From contig CM022677.1 in assembly GCA_012295275.1 (NCBI GenBank), positions 19,964,001 through 20,028,000 of the forward strand: a stretch of DNA of 64,000 nucleotides. The letters are read 5' to 3'. Position numbers and translations under genes: made by a program. The notes under the pieces are model-generated. The model ran no database searches. It had not been told where the DNA came from and saw only the letters and a list, made by a program, of their open reading frames with translations. The DNA is from Chrysomallon squamiferum (taxonomy: Eukaryota; Animalia; Mollusca). Positions 27,847 to 41,570 of this stretch are shown one piece after another (the stretch's first letter is position 1; each line of letters starts with the position of its first letter).

Positions 27847-30282
27847 ATGAGTCAGTATTTGCAAGTAGCAGAAGATGAAAACGAGGAGCCCATAGAAATC
27901 CCAAGTGAAGATGATGGAACATTGTTACTGTCGACGCTGGCCGCTCAATTTCCAGGAGCATGCGGATTGAAATATCGAAATCCTGATACAGGCACTTTCC
28001 GTGGCGTTCGTCTTGCCGATGGAAAACTCCATCCTCCAGAGACAGGGATGTGGGATTCTCATGTTTATATTGCAGTTTTTCCTAAAGGTTAGTTTAAAAT
28101 AAATAATAATAATAATAAATTTAAAAAGCCGTTAAAATTAAATGCGAGCCTCCTTTTCATTTTTCACCATATTCACAATTAATTTTCTATTTTTCATTTT
28201 TAGAGCATTTTCTTCTTACTCATTATTTTTAGTAGTTAGCATTTTGTAAAAATGACCAGTTTTATTTTATAGGCACTAATCTGCCCAGTAAATATTTAAC
28301 ATTTACAAAGAATTTGGCAATCGAAAAATAAAAATTATTTGTAAATACTAAATGAGATATGAATACCGCAAAATTTTATTCAAAAAAAAAAGAAAAAAAA
28401 GGTTGTTTTTGATATTATGAACGTGGCCATCCGAATAAAATTATTACCTTGGAGCAATTGTTTTATAATATTTAAATTTGAAAAAACAGAAACACAAATT
28501 TCAGAAAACAAGAGAAAAGGTGATGATGGCCAGGAGAATCCTGTTGCGAAGACCAAGCGAGTTGATGGAGGCTCGAAAAGCAGCACTGACCTTATTGTCC
28601 TGGGCTTACCATGGAAATGTACAGAAGATGACATGAGAAAGTATTTCTCACAGTTTGGTGACCTTTTGCTTGTGCAGGTAAATAAAAAAAAATAAAAAAA
28701 TTAGAACTTAATATATTACTCCAGAAATAGTTTCAATTTATAATTTCTCACAATAGCTTTGGAGCATAACTTTTATTTTTTACTGGCTTGTATAACTGGC
28801 AATTAAAAAAATCAATTTTTAAAAAATGGGAGTAAAAATCTTTTAGGACAGTTCAGCTTGAGTATACTAATAAAATAACCATAAAGATAATTTTCACATG
28901 GTTTTTTTTTTTTTTTTTTTTTTTTCTTTTTCTCCTTACTTCAAAAGGTAAAACGAGACCCAAAGACAGGTGAATCGAAAGGATTTGGCTTCATTCGATT
29001 TGCTGATTATCGCTCTCAAGTGAAGTGCATGTCACAGAGACACATGATAGATGGGCGCTGGTGCGATGTGACCATTCCAAACTCGAAGGTAAAAATTTAT
29101 CTTTTTTCATACCTACATAATGATTATATCTTACATCCAGGGTGAGAATCCCTCATCTGAAATGCTTCAGATAGGAAGTGTTTCAGATTTTAGAATACAA
29201 GGAGATCGGTCTAAATGTAAATTGCATTTACAATTTATATACAGTTTACACAAATATAATCAGAAGGAATATTCTATGTAATACTTTTATTAAAATAAAG
29301 TTAGTGTATGCAATAAAAGTTTGCAGGATTTTTTTTTATATATATATATATATAATGTTTTAATTATTTTTGTGTTAAAAATAAAGGTATTATATTCAAA
29401 ACAATCTGAAAACTTTTATATAAATAACTATTTCTGCTGTTCAGAGAGAGAGTCTTTGCTCCTGGACATTTTTATTATTTGTGCATGTACAGAGACAGCT
29501 GCATGCATGCATGAGTGCACACGTGTGTCATTTAGTTTCGTTAATATTTTATTTTAATTTCATGCTTGCAGGAAGGATCTCAGCAGCTGATGAACAGGAA
29601 GATTTTCATTGGCCGATGCACCGAGGACCTGACCCAGGACGACCTGAGGAACTACTTCAGCAAGTACGGCGAGGTCGTCGACGTCTTCATCCCGAAGCCG
29701 TTCCGCGCCTTCGCCTTTGTCACCTTCGCCGACCACGAGGTCGCGCAGATGCTTTGCGGCGAGGACCACATCATCAACGGGGCCAGCGTGCACGTGAGCA
29801 ACGCCTCGCCGAAGCACTACGACGCCCAGCAGAACAGAAAGGGTGGGTTCAACCAGACTGCTAGCATGGGTAGCCCGGGGGCATGGCGGGGTGGGGCGGG
29901 CGGCGCCACCTCCCGCAACGTCGGCTCCTCGGTGAAGGGGGAGAACATGCCCGGGGGTGGGATGGAGGCGATGGGGAACAGCCAGCTGGGCATGAACCTG
30001 CTCAACTCGGCCATGCTGGCCGCGGCCCAGGCCATGCTGAACCAACAGGGGCAGTGGGGGCCACTCGGGCTGGCGGGGCAGACTGGGGGGAGTCCCGACG
30101 CCACGGGGAACCCCGCGGCCAGGAACACGGGCTTCGACAGCTCGACCGGGGGCACGACCAACCAGGGCAACAACTTCCTGGGTGGGTGGGGCCCGCCGCA
30201 GGATCAGACTGCTCACCAGGGTCAGGGTCAGTATGGAGGGTGGGGTACCCCGCACCAGAGTCAGAGGGGCGCGTGGAATTGA
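27847..30282 (+). CDS. TARDBP: TAR DNA-binding protein 43 (TDP-43), long isoform, 421 aa; exons 27847-28087, 28505-28677, 28948-29088, 29572-30282
   Basis: N-terminal domain [46 protein letters not shown]; bipartite NLS NKRK...KTKR; RRM1 ([28 protein letters not shown]); RRM2 ([24 protein letters not shown]); G/Q/N-rich tail with the conserved helix [16 protein letters not shown] introns, total 1266 nt. Confidence 0.97.
29138..29192 (+). mobile_element. Possible pogo/Tigger-type DNA transposon terminal fragment in TARDBP intron 3
   Basis: CAGGGTGAGAATCCCTCATCTGAAATGCTTCAGATAGGAAGTGTTTCAGATTT resembles, from memory, Tigger4/MER46-type ends. No partner TIR was found. Confidence 0.3.
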
Positions 30283-33200
30283 GGCAGAACGATTTTTTGG
30301 AGGTGTGAGTGGTGGGAGAGAAAAAAGAAGTGGGGGAGAAAGATTTGAAAGCTTTGAAATAAAAAGTTTTATTTTTTTGTTTCTGATTAGAAAGCATTTG
30401 AAATTGTGAGTTGAGGAAACTAAAATATATACATTTTTTTTTTTTTTTTTTGATTTGGTTGGTAGGAAGAAGAAAGTGTACATATTTTAAACTGTAGTCT
30501 GTCTTATTCATTCATATTCAGTAGCTGTGGGTGGGCTTTTGATTTCTCAGGAAAGGCTGATACTTTGATTTCTTTTTTTATATATATATATATATATGGT
30601 TCTGAATAATCACTTGTAATTGTTTTTTTTTTTTTTTTGTTTGTTTGTTTAGGACACAGTTTGATTCTTATACCATGTCTATTTATTCCGTCACATTCAT
30701 TTTGAATTAAATAACTAAAAAAAGTTTTTAAAACCTGATCAGTCAAAATTGTTTGAAAGACTGGATTAAGAAATTAAGTTCCTTTCATCCAGCATTTTTT
30801 TTTTTTTTTCCTTTTTAGAAACCTTTTCTTTTTTATAAATGAATTCATTTTTATCTCCATTTGTACAAATTCATTAATCAACCAGTTTGTTTCATTGTTA
30901 TCCACTAAAGATTTGGGGATAGACATTCTGAATTTTTACAGCTAAACTGAAAGTGCAAAAAATCTATTTTCGGTATGGAATAGGGAAGGATGGAAAAAAA
31001 ATTTGTTTTGGCTACTGCTAAAGGGGTTAGATTTATTTTTTTTAATTTTTAAACCAAATAACAGATCTTTTGGATTAAGAAAACGTATGGACAGACAGGC
31101 ATAGAGATAACTTGTGGACGTATATTGTGTATCTTGAGTGTTTGCTGTTGTGAAATTGTTGTCCAAAGATTAGAGCTAGTGTTAGGAATGTTGTAATTTT
31201 TTGTGTTTTTCTTTATCTTTTTTAATATATAGTATTTTACCTTTTTTTTTCCAAAGAGATGAATTATATTTTTTTCATTAACACAGAATGATTACAAAGT
31301 AAATATAAGCAAAATTTTAAATTGCTTGAAAATGAATTTTAAGAAAATTAAACTCGACACCTTCATATGCATAAAATATGGCTAAAATTCTTTTATTTTT
31401 TCAAATATTCTTCTGTTTTTTTTATAAAGTATTTGTTATTTTGTTAATTTGTTAAATTATCAGAAACTGTAATCTAAATGTTTGTTTTTTCCCCTTTTCC
31501 CCCGATGGTTTTTCATCATTAAATAACAGGACTTTAAAAACTATATTCAACGATGACTTCATTTTATAACCATTAGGTATTTTTGGGGGTGTTTTTTTTC
31601 TTTTTTTTTTTAAATCTTGTTTTCTTTTCATGATTGAAAGTCATAGATGTTTTTTATAAATGGTATGTTGTCGCATAATGCAACAGGCATAGCCCCTCGA
31701 AACTGTATGCTAGTGAATGTTGTGTAACTAAGGTGAACTTTGGATGACTGCGTGAAAACTCCCGTCATTTCTGCTTGATTCTGAGGATCATTGTGTGTGA
31801 AGTTACGAAGTCCGAGGACAAGGAAGGGCAGTTTAAGAACAGTGATGTGCGAGAATGTGGGCTTTTTTAACCGGGACGTGATTGAAGATTTGAGCCATTT
31901 GAAGATCGCGAGTGAGAAAGTTTTAAACGACTTTGTCGGAACGGAAGAAAACCCGAGTAAGAGCTGGTGGGGAGAGAATGTTGTTGTTGACATTTTAACA
32001 CATGGAGGCAGAAAGACCTGTTGTAAGAATGGTTTATAAAAAAGAAAAAAGAGAAAGAACAAAAGAGACTGGAACGGGAGAAGAGCAGAGTGGAAACATC
32101 GCGTGTTTGTTGTTGTTGTTGTTGTAAGGACAGATTTTTCTTTTTAAAGACAAGATTGAAATTATTTGGTGCCTGACGACGTGTACGACTGGAATGTTGT
32201 GTTCATTTTTACACATCTAGGAACTTCTTTTTATTTCTTATAATTTTTTTTTTTTTATTTTTTTATTTTTTTTATTATTATTATTATTATTATTAAATTT
32301 AAAACATTATATTTATCATTCTTTTACCTGTTAACATGTAGGAAATTTCGTGAAAGATTTGTATGTTCTGTGCGTTAGTTTTATCAATACAGCAGTTTGT
32401 AGATGTGAACAAGTTGGTTGTGTCTTTTTTTAACTGTTCTGTGTGGGGTGTAACTGTGAGTTTGTGGGACGGGACGGGTAGATGTGGGTGTGTCATTTAT
32501 AATTACCGTGAAATGAAATGACTTTTAACCACAAAAAAAAAAACCCAACAAAATTGGGGGAAAAAAATGCCCATCTGTTGATAACAAAAACCAAATTCAA
32601 TTATCTTTAATTCTTCAGATTAAACCTTTAGTGTGATGAATATAACATAATAAATAAAAATGTAAATGTTAATACATTGATAGAGTTATGGGTTAACTGC
32701 AGATGCCACCATAATCCTGGCATCATCATTTGTTAGCCATGAAATTGCCATTTGCACAATTCATAATCCTCTGTATTAATCAATTTATACTACTGTTGGC
32801 CTAACTTGCAGTAGCCAGTCACAATTTGGAAAACGTATATACCAAAGGCAGCTATTTTTATATAAGCAGTGTGTTGACTACTTTTCAAGAATTAGATCAA
32901 ATTTAATGTCGATTGTGAAATTTCATAAAATATTACATTATTATCTAAATGAATTTTTTATATATATCAAACTGCATATAACATTGAATACAGAAGTACA
33001 GTAATTCAGAATGAACTTTTTGTAATTTCAATTTTCAGAAGTATAGAACTAAAATATAAATTGACTTGTAATAGTAACTTTAAGAAATAAGAAATTTCTC
33101 AGTGATGGAGAATAGAAATTTGTGTGTACCGTGAGGAACCACTAGGTTTGACCTTTGAAAATTGTTATTATGAAAATGATCAGGGTTTTGTGTGTGTGTG

Positions 33201-33915
33201 TGTGTGTTTGCATGTGTTATTTACATAGTAACATTTAAATTGTGTGCATATTAAAGAAATAACAATTTGTAGAAACACATGTCTAAAATGCACAGAGTTG
33301 ATATATATATATATATATAAAACCGGAATGTTGAGTGTTTAGAATGTAATACCAGAATTTTTGTTGAAGTATTTTATCCACTAAGGTTAACAGTGAGAAT
33401 GGTAACAACTGTTAGTGTTACTGTTTACGGTCATGCAAACGTGAGCAACTGATAAACTAATAATTACTGTGCTCCACAAAGAGTGTGAGAGAGTGATTTT
33501 CCCCTTAACAGAATGCTGTACAAGCTGATTGAACAGTTTGGAGAGTGTTTTTCACATTAAAAGTATGTGTTGTTTAGAGAGAGAGGGGTAGTTTGGTTTG
33601 TTAGGTGTGAAAGATTAAACTATTGTTTATGGGATGAGTTAACTTGTATTGGTGCTCTTCTCTGTGACCAATTAAATCAACTAAAATATGTGGGGTTCAT
33701 AGTCTTCAGGTTAATGCAAACAAATGAAATTTCGATTTGCCTGTTACAAAAAAAACAACTAAGGTAAGTAAGTACAGGTTTAAAGATTGGGCAATGAAGA
33801 AATTTTCTTTTCTGTTGGTGTTTTTTTTTTTTTTTTTTTTTTTTTCAGGAAAAGCTTCAGAGTGTGGTGGATGAAATTTAATTTTCACCATTACAGAGCT
33901 CATGTCTTCGATTTC

Positions 33916-34004
<89 letters not shown>

Positions 34005-34370
34005 GGTGGGATTCAACAGTTTTTGCAATAAACATATTTATGATTATAAATGTTTTATTTTTATTATTTTTTTATTATGATAAGCAGCATAAAACTTTTT
34101 TTTTTTTTTTTTATTATAATAAGCAGCATAAAAAAATTTAATTGTTTTTTTTTTTCATTTTATTTTTTTTCTTAATAATGATTATTTGTAATAAATACCT
34201 GTTTGATAATTTTGAATGTTTGGACAAAAGGAATGAACTTTAATGGTGTTGAGCATAACTTCAGTGCTATTTGATTATGAAATCTCACTATTGGGGTTTG
34301 GTGGGGATGGTTGTGATAATTTTATATAGATTTGTTTACTGGTTTACATTTTATGGAGATGGGGGGGGTT

Positions 34371-34408
<38 letters not shown>

Positions 34409-34489
34409 AATCTATAAAAAAAACGAAATACCAAGTGTACACACATATATATATATATTTTTTTTAAATATGCTCGATTTTTACAATAG

Positions 34490-34617
34490 GTGGTTACCAA
34501 GGTTACGGTTGGTACGAACAGCAGAGAGATCGGCGCGCCGCGCAGGAAGCTTCTGATGGGTGGAGGAACCGCCAAGATGGCGGGTGTGGTTATGAATGGG
34601 GTGGTGCCGCCCAGTGA
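34490..34617 (+). CDS. TARDBP: Candidate alternative terminal coding exon of TARDBP (GGYQGYGWYEQQRDRRAAQEASDGWRNRQDGGCGYEWGGAAQ*)
   Basis: Isolated GC-rich island that begins exactly after a T-rich tract and the TACAATAG acceptor. The phase-1 frame gives a G/Y/W/Q-rich peptide compatible with a phase-1 G|GTGGGT donor after 29842 in exon 4. Confidence 0.55.
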
Positions 34618-37600
34618 GTGGTACGGTCAGGCCGGCGGGAAGCAGGGAGCAGAGTGCTTGTTGTGTGGGACAGAGGCGATGTGAATGCAAGAAGGGGATG
34701 AAAGACGAGCGACAGAAGAATGAAAGGAGATGGACAGAAGGATGAAAGAAGGCACTTTTGGATGAGGCACCCTGCTTATAATGTTTGGTGATTGTGTTCT
34801 CGGCCGAAATCACTTGATTCTTATAGAAACAAAACAAACACAAAAATTTTAATTGTTCTTTTTCTTGAAAACAACACTGCAACTTGGATGGTTTTTAACG
34901 TTTGTTTTAGATTTTCTTTTCTTGAAATTTGAATTTCTTTCAAAAGAATATGTGCATTCTGATTCATGATCTACTGAAAAGCTGCAATGCATAATTCTTG
35001 TTGTTGATATAAGAAAAATCATTACAGACGAAAGAAAATTTTCAACCTAATATTTTCACAATGTGCAAGAAAGGAGAGTGATTAGAAAACATAGTTAAGG
35101 AGGAGGAGTGAGACTGGCTTAAGCTTCCAAACTGAAATGAAGAAATTAATGTTATTAACATTTCCAATGATGAGTGATTATTTCAGGTGCTTTTATTTTG
35201 CATTACTGAATTCGAATTTGCTTATTTATTCACTTACGGAGTTCATACGTTGACGACAAGATTTCAAACTTTCCAGTTGTTTTTCTTCAAGTTTCAAGCT
35301 ACAGAATTTATTTTTTTTTTTTTTTTTTTTTCCATTTCCCAAATATTCTTCATCCTGATGTTTCGTATAATTATAAATAAATGCCTTTAAAAATTCATGT
35401 TTAAAATGAATGCTTTCAACAACAAAAAAAACAAGCTTGGGAATAGTGATATTAGAAATGGGTTTTAGTAGTGTATTTAATATAGAACATGTTAACCTTG
35501 ATGAGTATCTGAATTGTGGTAGATTAAACACTCATGTGTGCTCAATCCCTTAAGCTATATCCCAACTGGGCCTACATAGATGGTTTACTAAATGCTTAAC
35601 TGGAATCTGTATCTTAAAAAAAGCCTTGCTAGTGTGTTTTACCCATCCTAGCCAGTTTATTGTGGGTAGTTTACAGAAGGCAGTAATGTTTATTAACAAG
35701 AATGAATTTAAAACAACATTTGATGATGGGGAAGGGAAAAATGGCATTGGGGTATTTGCAACCTCAGCCAGCTTCTGTATTTGGTTTATCAAAGGAAGTT
35801 ATGAATATAAATATAAATTATTTGTTGCTGGTTGGAAATGCCCCACACACACACACACACACACCTTGGTTCCTTGTATGTGGCTTATCAAAAGCATTGA
35901 TATCTGTATGAGAAAATTTGTATGTGAGACTCTTTCCTTTGCTGGTGGGTAACATGAAAATGGATATTTCTCACACATGCCTCTTTCACTATATTGTTTA
36001 TCAAAGACCATGATGTCTTGTATCATGTATGAGAAAATTCATTTGCTGGCCAAGGGAAAATGGAAATGGGTATTTTCCCATCTCACCCATTCAATACACT
36101 GAAATAACCATTGCTGAGGTTTTTTGTGATCCTTAGTTACATCTTTTATATCTAAAGATTAAATTAAGATTACTTAATGGCTGTTGTTGTCAGTGGGTTT
36201 CATAGTATGGTATAGTATAACTATTTATCTGCAATGTTTGCAAAATCTTTCAGAAAAATACGCAGATATATTTAGATTAACAAGAAACAAAAAGGAAGGT
36301 GTGAATCTTTTTTCTTGTTAAAATGGTAATTTTATGCACTGCCACAGTAAAATTCTAAAACTATTTTATTGAATAGGCATTTAAAAGTAATAAGTAAATA
36401 TTTGAACTTGCAATATTTTCTCTTTACAAAATGATTTTTTTTTTTATATGTTGTGGTAAAATGCAAGTGACTATAGTCTGAAAACATACTGGATATTAAA
36501 TTAAAAAGCTTGTTTTATTTTAATAATCTGTAATAATTTACTAGATAAATTGGATTGTACTTCATGCACCATGATCTAAATTATTTTTTTGTAACTTTAA
36601 AAGTTTGAAGTCGCATCTTCAGTAGTAATAATAGTAATAAATGAAATTAAATACACCATAATTTTAAAACACTTATTCAAAAATGTTAAGAAAAATAACT
36701 TCCTGGTAGTAAATGGACATGAATCAAATTATATTGGAGTCTTGTTTAAAATGAAAAGGTTAATTATGGTATTTTGTAATTTGCAAATTGATAGCTGAAT
36801 TATTTCAACAATCAAACTTGATTTAGTATTTTTCAATAACATGTAAAAAAAAAAAAAAAAAAAATGATAGAAAACTGAGTGACTCTACTTAAAAATTTAA
36901 AATTCAATTCTAATTTGAATGCTTTTGATCTAAAGTATTGAATTTAAAATATTTTAATGATTATGTTGATAAAATTGTGTCCAACAGCATTATAAAAAAA
37001 TATAAAAAAGTACTGACAGAACTTAATTTCTATGCTGTTGATAAATATGTTATTTTAATAACTAAATTTGTTTAAATTGGTTAAGAAAATACATTTTAAA
37101 ATATGCTCAAGCATAATGTTAAAAATGTAAATTAAATAAAGAAATTTATGTCTTAAAAAAAACTATATAATAATATAAAAGCATTAAGTTACTTGCATTT
37201 GAAAATAGTTTTTTTTTTTTTTTTTTTTTAAATAACAGGCATCATCTTAAAGAAAATTAATATATACTATATAGCTTATTTCATACTTATTCACAGAAAG
37301 CATTGGAAAGGAGATCTAAATATTTTCTAAGAATCAAGGACCTTAAAACTTTCATGCAAATTTGAGATGCTACAGTTAAATGTAATTTAAAAAAAATTAT
37401 AGTGATCTATCATGAACAAGCCCAGTCCTTGATACTGCTTACAAAGAGCTCCCATGAAAGTATCAACCTTCAGGGCACCACTATATGATGTGTTCAGTAA
37501 TTTTCATGTTCCAATATCTAGTTCATCAATGGGGTAAGAAAACAGTTAAAACAGTCCTGTCAATAGCATTGCAAAAGATATTATGCATGAAGTGACTAAT

Positions 37601-38228
37601 TTAAAAAGAAAAGAAAGGACAAACAATCACCAACCAAAATGCAAAGATCTTATTTTCCTTAGAAGTAGCCAATAAATTTCCTTTTTCATAAAGATGTATG
37701 CAACAATATATTAATTAATAGTGTGGTTTAGAAAAATTATATAATTAAATTTTCAAATACAGGGCTTGTTCAGTTCATTTAAAAACTTTTTACAAGATGT
37801 ACCTTTGCCATATGCAGTAATGAAATTTAAGAAGAATGGTTTTCAAATCTGTTATGAAATAAAAACTCCTGTGCTTCTAAATCATAACCATCCAGTAATG
37901 AATTTTTTTTCTAAATACATTTCAATAAATTAATAAATAAAACTAACAAACAAACAGAAATAAATGCACAGTATAATTCTCTTCCATTTTTTTTTTTTTT
38001 TTTTTTTTTCACAATCATCTACAATCGTTCAAAAAATTAAAATAATATATAACATCTTATACTCATGATCACAACTATTTTTTCTGTGATGGTTTCAGTT
38101 GCTAATCACTTGCTTAGTGACCATGGTGACCAACATCATCAGGCATGTGTGTGTTTTATTTTTTTTTTCTCGAGATTACAAATGTTTTAATCACTATGGA
38201 AACAAGATGCGTTAAATTTTCACAGCTA

Positions 38229-40546
38229 TTATTTGTTCAGTTGGCTCTGCAAGTAGCACATTCCTTTCTTTGTGTATGTGCAGACTAGTTCAGGTGCTGC
38301 AAACAGGTAGGAAAAAGTAGTTTTGACACCTGAAAATATAAACGGTGAAACCCTTTTTTATAAAAAAAAAAAAAAAAAAAAAAATGATAAATCTTTAAAA
38401 GTTCACTATAATATATTAAATTACATAAAAATAATTTATTAATAGCACCAAAGAGAAAGAGAGATGAGAATCTAGAAGAGACGGAAGAGAATGGAAGGGA
38501 ACAACAGAGTAAGATCAGCTACTGATACACTAGTGCCAAGAAAAAGAAACATGGATGGATGGATGGATGGAAGGACTGGCAAGAACTGCAGATAATCCTG
38601 GAGAAAATTAAGGAGGTCATTCAGTTCACCATGTTGGGGGCAAAGCATGGAAGAAGAAGATGATGATAATGATGATGAATAAAACAGCAAAATAACATTA
38701 ATTAATATTTTATGAATAAAAAGATGTCTGTTTATGTAATACATTTATTTAACTTGTAGTATTTTTCCCCAACTTATGGGAAGGTGTTTATCCAACATGT
38801 GTTACTGCTAGCAGAACTAATATTAAACCTCTAGTCTTTTTGTCCATCTGTACCTCTGTCTAATAAAAACCCAATTCCTGTCCAAATAAGATTAGACCAC
38901 AACGAGTAAGAAATCATTGTTAATGTGTGGTTTAAAAAATGAAAAATAAGATTTATTTCCATCAACCTTATCTGAGCACAAAACTATAATTACATGTATG
39001 GTGAGCATCTAACGACATATATAAACCACCAGTTGTTTATATCAATGTTTGGTTGTTTTTTTTTATATGAAATATTTACTGTTTTTCTTCTAAAATAATT
39101 TATTAATGCATTAACATGAATAAACATATTATAAATGCAGGTACCAAACCTTTTATCTGGCTTCCAGAAAACTGGTCCGATTTTTTAATTTTTCAATATT
39201 ATCTTTTTATTTTTATTTTTTTTTTTTTTTTTTTTTTTTTTTTGTTGTTTTTAACTAACTAATTTTAAATTTGGCATGCTGTAGATACCTTTCTGTGACA
39301 TACACACTGAACAGTTTAAGTGAGACTGTTACTGTGTAGAGGCAATTTTTTTTCCACTATTATACATCTGTACACCCGTACTGAATAACTGTTAGATAAT
39401 ATATTGTTCTTTATTTTTTATTGTTCTTTTTTTTTTTTTTTTTTTTTTTTTTCATCTGGTATATTATACATGATACTGCAAGAAATTTGAAATTTATTAA
39501 AAAGTGTATTAATTTGTACTTGTATCTTTTAAATAAAATTATGTTCTTTCTTTTCCTCGTTGAAGTTTGATCCTGTTTGTAAAGCTAGTATATACAGTTT
39601 TCTACGAAGATATTTTAAGAATTTTAATGTATTAATGAAGTCCAAGCAGACCTTGCTTTTAGTAAGAGTATAATAATTTAAATACAGTTTTTAATTTTAC
39701 ATTTTAAATATATGTTTAACATGTGTCCAGCAATTAGGTCCCCATTTGGTCCAAAACTTGCCAGATAAAGGGTTTGGTACCTTTAATGTAACTCTACTCC
39801 AATTTAAAATTTAAAAAAAAAAGAAATTAAAAATGGAATTTGTTTTTAATCCAAATACATTTAATTCAGTTTAACATGATTTTTTTTTTGGTGTGGTGGG
39901 GTAAAACTTTTAATTTTTTATTTGTTTTTCTTTGTTGTTTTTTTAAGAAAGAAAAAAAGTGAGAATAGAAAGATTTAGGGTTTTCATTGCATTTTGTACA
40001 CAAAATACACCAGATAAGGGACATGATGAATTTGTTAAAGAAAATTTTACAGACACTGTGTGACTTTCCAAAGAAATGGTTTAAATAAAAGAAAACAACA
40101 GACAGCCACAAATGCATGTTTTAAAAGGACGCAGTAAGAAAAGAGACTTTGAAAAGCTGCATTATTAATATCTTGCAAGGTAAGTTGATTGTATTTAGTT
40201 GTTTACCTGAATTCCATTTATTTATTATCGTACTGTTCATGTCATCTATGGCATAGGCCTGGAAAATTGAAAACTTAAAAATATAAAAATATGATCATTA
40301 TTATTTTTTCTGTATCAGCAAGTAAATATAGAGAACAATTAATTGTAAACAGGACGAATAATATAATAATATCCTTGACAATAATAACAACTGCAATTAC
40401 AACAAAAATAATCTTAGAAAAAATTAATAATAATAATAATGGTAATAATAATGGTGTTAATAATAACAATTGTTGTAAGTAGTAGTACTAGTAGTAACAA
40501 TAATCATAATAATAGTGGTAATAGTAGCAGCAATAGAACCAGTAGT

Positions 40547-40616
<70 letters not shown>

Positions 40617-41522
40617 GTAATAGTAAGCAGTAATAGTCCACAACACAACAGCACAAACAAACAGACAGTTTATTGAGTATCAGAGGTAAGAAAATAATTT
40701 ATATAAATTAAATGGTTAAAAAGCATAAAAATGTCAAAAACAAATTAATTAATCATTTATTCATAATTATTAATAAATAAATAATAATAACAAAAATAAA
40801 AACGACAGTAATAATACTGATAATAATAACAATGGAAACAGCTGTAGTAGTAATAACAGTAATAATAATAACTAATACATGAATAATAATAGTAGTAGTA
40901 GCAGTAGTAGTAAAAGACTATTATCACTACTAAGAACACATAAAACAGGAATTTAAAAACACCATAAATACATATTTATTTTAACAGTGACCAGATGTCA
41001 AACTTTTCATAAAATTTGTTTTAATAATAAAAAGGAAAACAGTAATGCTGTTATTGTTACAACATCAACAGCACCAAAATCAGAATTTAACTTGAGTATA
41101 CTACAAGATTGTGCAGAAGATTGGCACATGGAATCTCTACATATTATTTCCATTGATGTTTAAGTTCATTTATAAAGGATTTAAATTAACACAAAATGTA
41201 GAGAAGACCACAACCAACATTTCATAGAAACATAGTCTGATAGTGACAAAACAACACATCCATCACAAACAATGTCTCTTATATACAGTACTGCCTCTAA
41301 GGTTTGATCCCACATCCCTCCACACCTCAGTATTTCAATTTTTTCCATTTTTTTGTTATTTTACTATATATAGATATATATATATACAAAAGCATCCAAC
41401 TACCCAGATGATAATTATTCTTTATTATTATTTCATCATTTTTCTTTTTTATTATTATTAATTTTATTATTACTACTAGTACTACTACTGCTACTACTAC
41501 TACTATTATTATTATTATTTTT

Positions 41523-41570
<48 letters not shown>

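Noticed and set aside
29560-30483. 307-aa antisense ORF and other overlapping ORFs on TARDBP exon 4
   Set aside because: These are shadows of a very GC3-rich exon that lacks stops in other frames. No independent motifs.
31628-32062. 144-aa minus and 82-aa plus ORFs downstream of TARDBP
   Set aside because: No recognisable domain or clear splice boundaries. Treated as UTR/intron sequence.
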